Shown here: positions 50,420 through 64,000 of the stretch, one piece after another
How positions within the stretch are numbered: position 1 is the stretch's first letter
Layout: every line of letters starts with the position of its first letter
Assembly: GCF_009914755.1 (NCBI RefSeq)
Contig: NC_060925.1
Length of the DNA stretch: 64,000 nucleotides
Origin: the human T2T-CHM13v2.0 reference genome, Homo sapiens
Strand: one strand, 5' to 3'
Notes under the pieces: model-generated
What the model saw: the letters and a program-made list of their open reading frames with translations, nothing else
The model's database searches: none
Told to the model about the DNA's origin: nothing
Made by a program: the position numbers and the translations under genes

Positions 50420-51434
50420 TTACAATTTGGCATGTTTTTGCAGTGGCTGATACCGGTTGTTCATTTCCATGTTTAGTGCTTCCTTCAGGAGCTCTTTTAG
50501 GGCAAGCCTGGTGGTGACAAAATCTCTCAGCATTTGCTTGTCTATAAGTATTTCATTTCTCCTTCACTTATGAAGCTTAGTTTGGCTGGATATGAAATTC
50601 TGGGTTGAAAATTCTTTTCTTTAAGAATGTTGAATATTGGCCCCCACTGTCTTCTGGCTTGTAGAGTTTCTGCCAAGAGATCTGCTGTTACTCTGATGGG
50701 CTTCCCTTTGTGGGTAACCCGACCTTTCTCTCTGGCTGCCCTTAACATTTTTTCCTTCATTTCAACTTTGTTGAATCTGACAATTATATGTCTTGGAGTT
50801 GCTCTTCTCAAGGAGTATCTTTGTGGCATTCTCTGTATTTCCTGAATCTGAAGTTGGCCTGCCTTGCTAGATTGGGGAAGTTCTCCTGGGTAATATCCTG
50901 CAGAGTGTTTTCCAACTTGGTTCCATTCTCCCTGTCACTTTCAGGAACACCAATCAGACGTAGATTTGGTCTTTTCACATAGTCCCATATGTCTTGGAGA
51001 CTTTGTTCATTTCTTTTTATTCTTTTTTTCTCTTAACTTCCCTTCTTGCTTCGTTTCATTCATTTCATCTTCCATCACTGATACCCTTTCTTCCAGTTGT
51101 TCGCATCGGCTCCTGAGGCTTCTGCATTCTTCATGTAGTTCTCGAGCCTTGGCTTTCAGCTCCATCAGCTCCTTTAAGCACTTCTCTGCATTGGTTATTC
51201 TAGTTATCCATTCATCTAATTTTTTTTCAAAGTTTTTAACTTCTTTGCCATTGATTTGAATTTCCTCCTTTAGCTTGGAGTAGTTTGATCATCTGAAGCC
51301 TTCTTCTCTCAACTCGTCAAGTCATTCTCCGTCCAGCTTTGTTCCATTACTGGTGAGGAACTGCATTCCTTTGGAGGAGGAGAGGTGCTCTGCTTTTTAG
51401 AGTTTCCAGTTTTTCTGCTCTGTTTTTTCCCCAT
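50420..51434 (-). pseudogene. L1-B ORF1, frameshifted
   Basis: ATG at 51434; RRATPRHIIVRF...ISYPAKLSFISEGE. Confidence 0.95.
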
Positions 51435-51559
51435 CTTTGTGGTTTTATCTACTTTTGGTCTTTGATGATGGTGACGTACAGATGGGTTTTTAGTGTGGAT
51501 GTCCTTTCTGTTTGTTAGTTTTCCTTCTAACAGACAGGACCCTCAGCTGCAGGTCTGTT

Positions 51560-52460
51560 GGAGTTTGCTAGAGGTCCATTCCAGACCCTGTTTGCCTGGG
51601 TATCAGCAGCGGTGGCTGCAGAACAGCAGATTTTCGTGAACCGCAAATGCTGCTGCCTGATGGGTCCTCTGGAAGTTTTGTCTAAGAGGAGTACCCGGCC
51701 GTGTGAGGTGTCAGTCTGCCCCTACTGGGCAGTACCTCCCAGTTAGGCTGCTCGGGGGTCAGGGACCCACTTGAGGCAGCAGTCTGCCTGTTGTCAGATC
51801 TCCAGCTGTGTGCTGGGAGAACCTCTACTCTCTTCAAAGCTGTCAGACAGGGACGTTTAAGTTTGCAGAGGTTACTGCTGTCTTTTTGTTTGTCTGTGCC
51901 CTGCCCCCAGAGGTGGAGCCTACAGAGGCCGGCAGGCCTCCTTGAGCTGTGGTGGGCTCCACCCAGTTTGAGCTTCCTGGCTGCTTTGTTTACCTAAGCA
52001 AGCCTGGGCAATGGCAGGTGCCCCTCCCCCAGCCTCACTGCCACCTTGCAGTCTGATCTCAGACTGCTGTGCTAGCAATCAACGAGACTCCATGGGCGTA
52101 GGATCCTCTGAGCCATGTGCAGGATATAATCTCCTGGTGTGCCGTTTTTTAAGCCCATTGGAAAAGCGCAGAATTAGGGTGGGAGTGACCCGATTTTCCA
52201 GGTGCCGTCTGTCAACCTTTTCTTTGACTAGGAAAGGGAACTCCCTGACCCCTTGCACTTCCAGAGGGAGGCAATGCCTTGCCCTGCTTCAGCTCGCTCA
52301 CGGTGTGCTGCACCCACTCTTCTGCACCCACTGTCTGGCACTCCCTAGTGAGATGAACCCAGTACCTCAGATGGAAATGCAGAAATCACCCGTCTTCTGT
52401 GTCGCTCATGCTGGGAGCTGTAGACTGGAGCTATTCCTATTCGGCCATCTTGGCTCCACC
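51560..52460. promoter_or_regulatory. L1-B 5'UTR: sense promoter (minus strand, YY1 site ~52443-52452) and antisense promoter (plus strand)
   Basis: Established primate L1 5'UTR architecture; many CpGs have decayed, so activity is uncertain. Confidence 0.6.
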
Positions 52461-52517
52461 CTCTCCTGTGTTCTTAAGTATTTTGGTAGTTCAGCCTTTT
52501 CCAACCCATGTGACTGA
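52011..52517 (+). CDS. ORF0: L1 antisense ORF0 homologue, open for 168 codons (translation unproven)
   Basis: MAGAPPPASLPPCSLISDCCASNQRDS... is the ORF0 N-terminus; Kozak context gcaATGG. Confidence 0.45.
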   Translation: MAGAPPPASLPPCSLISDCCASNQRDSMGVGSSEPCAGYNLLVCRFLSPLEKRRIRVGVTRFSRCRLSTFSLTRKGNSLTPCTSRGRQCLALLQLAHGVLHPLFCTHCLALPSEMNPVPQMEMQKSPVFCVAHAGSCRLELFLFGHLGSTLSCVLKYFGSSAFSNPCD

Positions 52518-55500
52518 AAGCATGGCCATGCCTAAGTTTTAGAATTTATGGGTCATCTATGCAGAGAAAAACTTAAGCATTATACTCCCTCTCCTTTCAT
52601 ACTTAGATTATTTAGAAAGAGACTCATGGGCCCAACTGAGGTCAATAGCCCACCCTAGCACAGTCATATACAGCACAGGCTGGGGCAGAACAGTAAAATG
52701 TCAAGACATAGTTGCTTCTACTCTACTCAAGTGGCCTAGGGAATAGGGACAAACTTCCTCAAAGAAAGAGGCTGAACAAACTTTGTAATAAATCTCCCTT
52801 TTAAACTTGGGATTTCTTCACCCAGAGATAACTACTGATAACATTTATATATTTTTTCTTCTGATTTTCTCTTTGAGCTTATGTATTCTTTAATGCTGTT
52901 AAGGTAATTCTGTTTGTAATTTTGAATCTAGCTTTTTCCAATCCATCTTTCTTCATTAGCCCTCATCCATAGTTTACTTTTAACAATAATAACTACAAAG
53001 TAACAGCAGTGACAATAGGTAGTATGTAGCAAGTGCTGCATTGCTGTTAAGAACTTTGCATTATCTTATTCACTCTCACAATAGAATAATATATATTAAA
53101 CCTGTTCACAGTTTGCTATGGCTTACAACACACTTTCATAGATATTCCATTTGATCATGCCAACAATGTTGTGAAAGATGGCATTATAATTCATTTCCCT
53201 TTTTATGTCTAAAATAGATTCTGTCTGTGCTAGAAAGGAACATTCACTAAAAGTTATACAACTAGTGAATGGTCCTCTCTAGCCAGATTTTAAATCCTGT
53301 TTCCTTGAGCTCATGCCCTGTTGCCTCCCCTGGCATTTTTCTGCATTCAGGTAGACTGCTCAGCTGTTCTCCATCATCTTCATTTATGCAGTCCTGCCCC
53401 TCCCCTTGCCAGGGACTTTCTAGACACTCACAGTGACTATAGGGACAAAAAGGGAAGGTGGAGAGGTGCGCTGAAGCAATGTGCTAGGAATCAGGGGTTT
53501 CTACACTATGATCTCCCAGGACACTCATGGAGTGGCGATGGAAGTGTGGCTTCCAAGTTGTCAGACACAGTCTCTTTTCCCTCAGAACCTGTACTGCTCC
53601 TCACCATGGCCTGCCACTGCTAGGCACTCTCGGGCCTGGATATTTTCTCTCAGGGTCACCTTTTTTTCTTCTTCCAATCCAGTTTCCTTCAGGGAAACTT
53701 GGAATTTACCCTACAGGAGTGATATTCAATTATGAGGTAGCTTCAGAAGATCTACCGGAAAGCTTCTGATTCAGTGTCCCTGAACGTTCAGCAACAGGAG
53801 AGTGTCTAGGCTGGAGCAAAAAGAGAATCTCTAGCGGGGGGATACAGCCTAACTCCACCCTCCAGCATTTTATCCCAGATATAGCACAAAGACCAAAGAT
53901 TAGAGGTAATCTGATAATCTTGAACAGGAAGGTAGAGGAAGCAGCAAGAAGGTAGAAGACTTGGTTAGGCTAGGTATACCAAACATTCTGTATTACTTCC
54001 TATTTTAAAAAAATTCTTTGGGTGGGATAATAAGAGATACTGTAAAACGTGGATCACATACTATAATGACCTTCATTCATTTTGTAAGCAGTTGGCTTGG
54101 TTCAGAAATGTGCTTGCCAATAATAAGTTGCAGGTAAGGAAACTAGTAAGTGACAGAACTGGGACCTAAACCAGGTGATCTGGGTGTGGCTTGAGTGGAC
54201 GTGGGCAGCCAGTCACCCATGGAACACAGAGTATGGACCTGACATCATTATGTGTGGAAGTTCAGAGATTGCATGGTCCACTAGCTCAGGAACAGGTTTC
54301 ATTTGTCTTTGAATCCCTAGCATGTAAGTTAAACAAACTGCAGATATATTATTAGGGTCAACATGAGGAAAATTCTGCATTACAGCCCAGCTTATCATGG
54401 ACTGATTACTTCTGCTGCCCTTTAGTGCTGTACTGTTTGTTTTCCCCAGGCAAAACATCCAAGGCTGAGTCCACTTGGTGAAAGATTACCAAATCTTGTA
54501 CTGAAAGGAAATACTACATTTCCCCTGTAAATAGTAATGGAACTGACTAAATAAGCCCAACTTATATGGCAAAATTTTTCAAATTCTTGAATCAGGCTGA
54601 GGTAAATGGAGTTAAAAGATTAGGATTTTATTTTTGTTTCCAGAGTAACTTGTTTATACTCATGCTGTTTCTTTATCTATTATATTTCTAGTCTTCAAGT
54701 GCCATTATTTCTTACAAATCATATGTAAATTTATAATGATATTGTTATAATATTCATTAATTAAAACTCACTAGCAAGATTAAAGCCAATTTCTTAATGC
54801 AATTTATAGTGTTAACAAAGATTTCAGAAACTGAACCCCAATTATTTACATAGATGATATTTTGATGTTGTAAATATTTATGACCCATGGGTCACTGAAG
54901 ATATAAATTAATTTCCCATCAGTTAAGACCAGCAGTTTAAGGCAAATGAAAAACATTTTCAAAACAGGAATTTATTGTATTTTTAATAATAGCTCAACTT
55001 TATTGCTAACCTCGTTACTGGCAAGAACTTGAGAGACAAAATCAAATTTGGGTTTCTTTCTAAAATTTTTTAAAGTTACTGGGAAACATAGTCTGTTTAA
55101 TTTCTCATATGATACACAAAGGGGAAAAAAACTATTCTAGGATGTAGTCCCAGTCGTAATGGTGAGTCATTGGCTGCAGCAGTCATAATGATAGAGGATT
55201 CTATTTATTGCTGTTCTCTAAGCCTCACACAATGAAGCCAGGCAGAAATTATATAATTATTCCTCCTGGATGGATCTTCTCATTCGTTTGTAATTACAAA
55301 ATACTCTTTGAGTACTTTTATATCCTGAAATTAAGTCTTCAGAATTGCAGAAAGAACCGTAAGGTTTGATCTCAGGCTTGTTTATCCTCCTTATATTTTA
55401 TTTTGCCAATTAATAGTGTAGCTTCCCAGGTGCTAAAATGTGACTTCTTTATCTTTTGTGTGGCTCAATTACTTAGACTAATTTTAAATAAATCCTAAGG

Positions 55501-56249
55501 GAAACCTCTTATTTTCACAATTACATGGTATATTTTTCCACTGCTTATAACTTCTTCCTGTATCAATTAAGTAGCTTAAGTTGCTAATGTTCCATGCTCT
55601 CTAGGTGTGCCTCTTTCAATATTTCCTGTCCTTTTCGCCACTGCTCATAAATGGTTTCTAATCATTCTTATAATTGTACCTTCTTGGAGCCTTGAGAGAC
55701 AGGCACAGGTTCTCTTACATAGGCTATTATTGATATTGGTTGCTTTTATTTTCCCTCCAACCCCCACTCCAGATAACAACTGTTGAGTGCGTACCATGTG
55801 GCAAACAATGGGAATGAAGAGATTAATGAGCCCTCAAAGAATTCATGATTTACGTAGCACATACTTCTAGCTAACTGTTCTAGCTACACCAGCCAGTTCT
55901 AGAGAGGTACCCATGGAGGTTTTGGATATGTGCTTAACTCCTTGAAGATTCTTCTGGAATGATGCCTAAAGTAATTGTCAAGAGAAGCTATGCTAATCTT
56001 CCTCTTCAGAATATTCCCATTTCTTTCTTAGTTATAGGTATGAGGAGTCTAAAATATGCTTTAACATAGTAAGCTTATTGTTATAACTGGAACCATGCAA
56101 AATCTTAATTTCCTATAATATAATTTCTTGCTCCTCCAAAGTCATTCAAATATTAAATTGGACTTATTCTATATGTTGCTTAGTGGAAAGGTATCACAAA
56201 TAAAAAGTGGGCCACAATGAGTAGGTCAATTAAATAAATGCAAAAAATA

Positions 56250-56470
56250 TATTGATTTATTAATTACAATATAATACTGTGCTAAATGCTTAGCTTGCAT
56301 TATCTCATTTAATTCTTACCAAAACTCTTTGAGGTGATTATTGTATACACTCCCATTTACAGATGAAAAACTGAGGTTTAAGGAAAAGATGTGTATGCCC
56401 AAATTTCTTAATGACTAAATGGCAGCAGACCAGGACTGTCTTGACTCCAAAGAACATGTTCTAATACTGT
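56250..56470 (-). mobile_element. MIR SINE
   Basis: cattatctcatttaattct; cccatttacagatgaaaaactgaggttt. Confidence 0.8.
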
Positions 56471-56979
56471 ACAGCTTCAGACTCCTTCATGAGAGCTGTG
56501 ATGCTCAATAATATATGTCAGGATATGAATACTTAGACTCATGCCAGACCATGTCATAAGCCTTAGACCTTTTTCATTTGTGTTTATAGATAGTGACCTT
56601 TTAGTGCAGTGACAATTTCTTACCACACAGCAATCTGCATGCAAGGAATTGCTAATATCTGCTTTGCTCAGAAGGAAGCTTGTATGTAGCATTAATTATG
56701 GCACCATTAATCCATTCAGTTATTTATTGAAACTATTATTTGTTGAGTTTCTGCTACATGCTTGGAAGTTTCATGTGTTATCTCCTTTAAACTCACTGTA
56801 AAAGGCATGAGGATACCAATTTTCTATATCTGCAGTAATTTTCCCAGGGTTACGTAGCTCCTAACTGGATGTAGTGTCTTGGATTCAGACCCAGCTGTTT
56901 GTCTCCGAAGTCTATACCAAACTACCCTGGTAGTTTAGAGCTTATGTTTACCAGAAATTTATGTCCCACCAGCACGTAA

Positions 56980-57470
56980 TTTTTAAACCAACTCTGTTGA
57001 GGTATAATTTAAATAAATGAAATGCACATGTTTTAAGTGTGATACATTTGGTAAGATTTGATTATGTATATACCCTTGTAGCTACCACCCCCACTCAAAT
57101 TATACATTTCCATCACTCAGTAAATTGCTTTGTGCCCTTTTGCAGTCTCTCTTACTCCTTGCCCCAGGCTACCATTGATCTGATTTCCATCACTGTAGAC
57201 TAGTTTTTCCAATTCTAGAAGTTCATATAAAAGGAATAGTACAGTATATACTCTTTTTTGCCTGATTTTTTCACTTAATGTAAAGTTTTGTGAGATTCAT
57301 ACATGTTGTTGCCTATTCAATAGTTCATTCTTTTTTATTACCAAATAATATTCCATTATATCACACATCACATTTGTTTTTCCATTTGTCTCCTGATGTG
57401 TATATGGTTGTTTCTAGTATGGGGTGATGTTGAATAAAGCTGCTATGAGCGTTCGTATCCCAGTTTTATT
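56980..57470 (-). mobile_element. L1MC/ME-type 3'UTR fragment
   Basis: ttgaggtataattta...aaatgcacatgttttaagtgt; ttctagaagttcatataaaaggaatagtacagtatatactc. Confidence 0.8.
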
Positions 57471-57782
57471 GGCTCATCCACTGTTGTCCAAAAGAATTTC
57501 TTGAACTCTGCATTTGTCCTGAAGGATTCTCTGATTGTTCTTCATACAAGAACTCTAGGAATATAACATGGAATCCAGCTAATTTCTGAAACTCATGTAT
57601 TTAATTATACATTTACACTAACGGCCGTGTGCACTGAGAAAAATCCTCCTGATTAATGGCATTGCTTTTAGAGTCAGTGATCTTTTATTTCTCATGCAAG
57701 TCATAGTCACCACTGTCAGTCAGGCTTCTCAGTTCCAAGCAACTGAAACCAATCCTGGCTCCCTTAAAAAGTAGATGAATCT

Positions 57783-58241
<459 letters not shown>

Positions 58242-58749
58242 TCATATAAAAAAAATCAATCTGTTGCAGACACTGCTGTCACAGCTACTGACATTAGACT
58301 CATCGTTTCTGCTCCTGATCATAAGACCATATTAGTTATGCATGACTCACTTTCCAGTACCTATTCCATTTCTTTTTTGCCTTCAGATGGTTGTGTCTAA
58401 GAAATTTCCAGAAGTCCTCAACCTGGGTGGGATAAGAGTAGTAGAACAAGAGTAGTGGGCAGCCTAGAGGTGTGGACCAAAAGCACTTGCCTTCTAATTA
58501 TGACATCAGGGCTTGCTTAAGCAGTTCCTCCTGATGACAGAGCACAGCAGGGCAGGGTATGCCTGACTGTAAGAAGTGTAAAAAGATAAGATGTACCATT
58601 CATGGACAGCCTTGCCACATGGTCACCTGAATTCCGCGTGATATGAACATAATATTACAAGGTTTATAGATTTAATCTCTCCTAATACTCAGACACTATC
58701 CAGGTGCAACTTATTTGTATAAAAGACATGGCTTTCTCCAGCTAATCAT

Positions 58750-60190
58750 ATTATACGTTCCAAGTCTCTTCTCTCTCCTTAAATTCTGGATGAGTATTTC
58801 ACACCTTTGCCTCTCTTTAAACTCTCAAAACCTATCCCCACTCTCAGCTGATGATGCTTCTTTCTAATTTACTGAGTAGACAGAAGCAATAAGGACTTTC
58901 ACAGACTCCCAGTTGATAGGACCTGCACTCAAATACTCTACTTTCCTGCCTATAGATTAATTATCTATGCTCCTATCTAAGGCAAATTAAATAATAATGC
59001 TGTATAATGGAGTAAATGATTTTGGTTTATTAATAATAAAATAACACTCTGCTAAGTTCTATGCATGCATCATCTCATTTAATCCTCTCAGCATTTTCAC
59101 GTGGGTGCTTTAATTAGCCCTGGTTTATAAATAAACTGTAACTTAGGGGAGCGAAGTAACTTGTCTAATGTTCTACAACTAGTATTTGGCAGCAGACCAA
59201 GTTTGCGTAACTTTGAAAGCTTCAGAAAATTTTTAATCCCAACTTTGTGATGTTTTCAGTGTATCGTAGAACATAGCATTGTTGATCATCAGGTCTCTCA
59301 TTCCAGGTTACCCGATAAGCCTTCAGCCTGCATCCCAGCTGGCGGATATTCTTACCCAGTGTGAAACCCAAACCTTTATACTTGGTGAATCTAACCCTTG
59401 AGACCCTGAATGCATTTCACAAACAGAGATTTTTCTTGCTTTCTACCACCAGGCATGGAGTATCCAAAAGTACTCCAGCACATTCCTTGGATACCTCAAT
59501 ATTATTCTCTGCCCTCTTTGTGCAGCAGCAACTATTTACCAAGCCTATGAACAAACTTGGATGTGGACCTTAGTCTCCTCTTCCAAGATATATCACACAA
59601 GGTTCAGCCACTGGGAAACTTTCTCTTCCCCACTGTCCTTCATGGCCAACTCTAGGTGACCTCCCCTATTTCATGTCACAGAATCTGCTTACAGTTGGTA
59701 CCAAACCTTTCCATCCTCTTTCTCTCATAACCTAAGTAAAGGCCCAATGGGCCTGACCCTCCATTACTTTTCTGACATCCACTTTCCTTCTTACTCTTTT
59801 GTCTTTCTGTACATAGGCATCCATACTTTTCCTCATGCCATGCCAGCCTTTGCTCTTGCTGTTATTCTGTCTGAAATGTCCCTCATCCCAATATCCACGT
59901 GAAAACTCCCTCCTCTTCTAGCGTTTGCTTGAATCTCACATTCTCCAGGAGGCCTAGCTTTCCCCTCCTCTCTCACCAGAACTCCTGATCTACTCTACTC
60001 GTTTTACTTTTTTGTAAAAGTAAAAGTGCTTTTCACTTTCTAATATACTATATAATTTACTTACCATTTAAATTTTATTGTCTTTCCCCCCACCAGAATG
60101 TTAACTCCTCGATGTCATTTCTTTTGTGCCCACAAGCACCTAGAAAAATCCTGGCCCATACTGGACTCTCATTAAACATTCAATGAACTG
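58750..60190 (+). mobile_element. Fragmented L2a with an inserted MIR (~59030-59210)
   Basis: cactctcagctgatga; gcctttgctcttgctgtt; cacctagaaaaatcctggcccatac...attaaacattcaatgaa. Confidence 0.6.
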
Positions 60191-62847
60191 ACCCTAATCT
60201 TAGTGACCTCCATCATGATATATGCTCCCTGAGATCTGCTATAGACTCCATACAACCCCCGACATGGCATCACAGGACAAGCACAATAACAAGGATAAAG
60301 TGGAATAGCTGCTTGTGCTGCAGCACAATACAGCAGCGAGACCTCTCTTCCTCTGGATCCCCCTCAAAGATAACAGCTGTTCAAGTCACCTGGCCAGTGA
60401 GTCCAAACAGCACACCATAATGTGGTACATACCGCCTCCAAAGTCTATGGAGGTCCACTCTAGTTTTGTTCCTCCTCTTTCTCAGCAGTGGCTCAGTCAA
60501 GCCTTCTTTTCTTTTTCTTTTTTTTCCCCAGTTAGGTTCTTCCCATTTATTTTGTCTCCAGAGACTCTATGATTAATTAGCCAATATTTCTTTATGTGTC
60601 ATTAAACTCTTAAAGGAAGACTCCTTTCTAAGGAAGCTGTAGGAATCTCCTGGAGATGATATTACAGTGGCATAATGTGAATAATTGTCTCAAGAAAGAA
60701 CCAAGATACCTTGACTTTCTTCTTCTTTAGAGTGTTTTTGCTCCCTTCAGAGAGAATACCTTTTTAGGTATTTTCTTTCAGACTTTATGGTGAAAATTAT
60801 TAGTCTTAAAATCCTTTTCAAGATTTACCTTAAGATGCCTATTAAGTACAAAGAATATCTTTGGTGCCCAGACCTGATATCCAGGTGTTCCATGGAATAT
60901 CTTGATCCCTAGATCTTTGCTACATACCTATAGCATTTCTGTCTTTATAGCAATGTAAACTAAGCACTATAATCACTTTTACTGCAAAATCGTAGGCTAC
61001 ATAGAGTCTCTTGAACTGCCTTAACACAGTTTCTGCATTTTTTTACTTTTAGGATTTCCTCTCTGAAACCTGAATATGTAAGCAATCACCAGCTGTATAT
61101 ATTAAAGCCATTGTTTTTTCTACTTGATGGAGACCACGTGTATGGCTGGATGACCCTGTGTTAAACTGCATTTGGACCATTGCTCTTGACCATATATTTA
61201 TTTTCACTTAGAATTTTAGATTGTTTGTGGATTTTGGCTCCAGTATAGATTTAGTGCTCTACTTTTTCATTCATGCAGTTTTTCATCACATTGCCCCTGA
61301 ATGATTTTTTGGAAGTGGAAATATGATTACCTGATTATCTCATTCATAACTACATAAAATCTTTCTATGTTCTCCCATCACTTTCAGGAGAAGAGTTTGA
61401 ATTAATTAGCATGACCAAACGCTTCTTTATAATCTAGTACTGTTTATCTTTCCAAACTTTTCTGCCAGCCATACAGGTGCCTACAGTAAAAAATAATATT
61501 TTTGTATCAAAAAGATGAGACATCAGGCCAAACATACCTGTGGCAAGAAACACACTATGATCTTGGGCATGTGATGATGAAGGCTAAGCAACATCCCATT
61601 TTTCTCAAGTGAAAAACTATCTTTGAATCTTGGTTCTTGAAATGTCTACTAGCTCCAAAAGTGGAACAAGCATTTTCTACAGGAAACTGTACATCTGGGA
61701 TTAGTACTATTTAGACTTTAAATGAAGAAAAGCCTCTGTTTAAGCAAAAGGAAAGATCAAAAGTATTCTCAGATCTTTTATTCATTCATTACTTTCCCTT
61801 CTGGCTTTTTTTTCCCTGTAACTTTGAGAGATTTTTGAAGAGGAAGAAGGCAGTAAGGTCAGAATAAGGCACACACAAGGGAGTTGGAGGTGAATTCTTG
61901 TTTTCTCAGCACTTGCTCTTGGTTAGGTATTGGGCTGAGGGATTGCACATATATTATTGCATCAATTCTATGATACACATTGCTTTTATATTTTAATATC
62001 TCAGAAGTATGTGTTGAAATCAATAGTATTTTAGATTTGATGAAATATGCCTTGCTTGATCTGAACACCAACTTTATTAACAAATTTATTTATTTTTATT
62101 TTTTTAACATTAACTTTATTTTACAGATTAAGAATCTGTAGATCAGAGAGATTATTTGCCCTGTGTCACAAGTGGTAGAACCAGAATTCAAGCAGAGGTC
62201 TGAATTACTCCAAAACCCATTAACAAATTGTAGACATTACTTTAGATTTGGGATAAATACCTAATGTTTATTATGACAAATTCAGGATCCAAAATAATCT
62301 TGACTGGCAACAGCAGCCTGAGACAAACTAAATAAAACTGAAAGTGATCCCCTCTCATATCATGACCTTGTTGGAAGAAGTAAATAGCAATGAGAGAGTC
62401 AGGAATTAGACAGAAGTAGAACAGGTACTGGAGTGTGGTAGGGGTTAAAAAGTGAAGAGCAGTGGGTAAAGATGAGAGAAAAAAGTCTAGACTCTAGAAA
62501 TAGGCAGTAGAAACTTGCTATGACAGGTGAGGGAAAGTTTAGTATGAGGTAATGGGGTGTTTTGACAGGCAGACAGAGCCCAGGAGGTGCAAAGCTCAGC
62601 ACAGGAAGTACAAAAAGATGCAACAGAATGCCTCAGAAATCTCTTTCAACAGCTAGCAGGTCATAGGCAACAAGCCAATGGGAAGGTTTTAGCATTAGCC
62701 AATGCTAGCAAATATTTTCACTGTAGAAGCATATAGTTTTGAAAGTCAGTGAAGAACATCATTTTTTCTAAGATGGTTCATAGGTCAAAATCCTAGGCCT
62801 GGGAGATGCTAGAAGGTGATAAGAGAACCAGCAGTAACATAATGCCA

Positions 62848-62878
62848 AGATGTTAGATGTTAGATGTTGATGTTAGAA
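62848..62878. repeat. (AGATGTT)x~4 tandem repeat
   Basis: agatgttagatgttagatgttgatgttaga. Confidence 0.85.
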
Positions 62879-63526
62879 CTCCTAGTTTGTAGCTATGCTA
62901 TACTAGAAAAGGAAGAAGAGTGCTTCAGTAGCTCCTATGACTCCACAAGAGGGTAAACATACAATATTACAGAGGAGGGAGGAGTTGTAAGCTGGCCATG
63001 TTACTGCTGGTCAAGTAACATAATATTCTACCCTCAGCTGTACAAGGGCTTAGATTCCTTTGGGGATGGAAGAGCAATATGATGGCTTCTTTCTGCAGGA
63101 GGCTTCAGAGACAGGAGATTGAGTCAAAGCTGAACATGCCCCCAGGTAAAGCAATGCCCCATCCACATGGAGGCCATGAACCAGAGAGAGGCCAGGGAGA
63201 ACTCTTCTGGACCAATGAGTGAACAGTTACCTAAGTATATCTCTGCCTCCCCTATTCTTTCTGGAGTTAGGCCTTGAAAGGAGAGCTAAAGGGATGATAC
63301 ATCCCCAGACTCTGTCCCCATCTCACAAGGGGCTACACTGGCAGGATGAGTAAAAGAGCAAAGGCCAAATGTTGAGCCAGTGGTGAGGGGAAGCATGACA
63401 TTTGGTATGAGATTGGAGTTTTAAAGTGGCATGGAATGTAGTTCCAAAACTGAAAGTGCTTGCAAAGTCATGGGATTTGCCTGGGATGTTATTGAAATGT
63501 AACAGCAAAGGGAAACTCAAAAACCA

Positions 63527-63820
63527 TGTGAGGTTTGATTTTATGTGTCAATTGACTGGACCACTGGGTGCCCAGATATTTGGTTAAACATTATTTTGGG
63601 TGTGTCGGTGAGGGTATTTCTGATTGAAATACCCTCTATTTTATTTTTTAAAATAAATAACATAATTATGTATATAATATAATATAAATAATTTTTATTT
63701 ATTTTAAAATATCCTATCTATTTCAATTGATAGGTTAAGTAAAGCAGTTTGCCCTCCTCAATGTGCATGGGCCTCATTTCCTGTTGGTTCTGTTTCTCTG
63801 TAGAACTCCTGATGAATACA
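63527..63820 (+). mobile_element. MLT2 (B/C-like) ERVL LTR, internally deleted, with an AT-rich insert
   Basis: ttttatgtgtcaattgactgg...tgcccagatatttggttaaacattatt; end ttggttctgtttctctgtagaactcctgatgaataca. Confidence 0.85.
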
Positions 63821-64000
63821 GTATATTTGAAGAAAGCAATTCAAAAAATAAAAAGTTCTTAATTTATCCCCAACAGAGTTGAGATTTTGCAATAAACTGG
63901 TTACAGTTTTGTTATAAAGAGGTATTAGAGTACTCAGTTGTGAATGTTCAACTACACCTCTGAATTTCCTGCATCACTTTTGTGGACTCATTTTCAGTAG

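Noticed and set aside
59307-59382. Possible plus-strand exon (YPISLQPASQLADILTQCETQTFIL)
   Set aside because: Lies among L2/MIR fragments; unrecognised peptide; no supporting context
61053-61077. 25-nt microexon candidate (ttttag|GATT...TAT|gtaagc)
   Set aside because: Good splice signals but not frame-preserving; such pseudo-exons are common and need RNA data

Overview
Hominoid (human-like) non-coding genomic DNA: AT-rich, repeat-dense, with no CpG island and no recognisable host protein-coding exon. Nearly all ORFs in the track are chance frames or derive from Alu/L1. It holds two full-length but dead minus-strand LINE-1s (L1-A ~32.27-38.45 kb, older L1PA5/6-like; L1-B ~46.07-52.46 kb, L1PA4-like), a young 5'-truncated L1PA2-like 3' end, older L1M/L1PB pieces, nine Alus, MaLR/ERVL solo LTRs, a Tigger4a, and many L2/MIR/CR1 relics. 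Notable structure: (1) a 207-bp inverted copy of nearby unique DNA stitched into L1-B ORF2 through about five microhomology template switches; (2) patchy homogenisation (gene conversion) between the two L1s, including shared frameshifts; (3) an intact L1 antisense ORF0 extended to 168 codons that reads out into flanking DNA; (4) a 31-bp 3' transduction on L1-A; (5) tandem duplications and fold-back scars, several clustered at 42-47 kb. I found no evidence of a new protein-coding system. Subfamily names come from remembered consensus sequences, and percentages are hand counts; both need computational confirmation.
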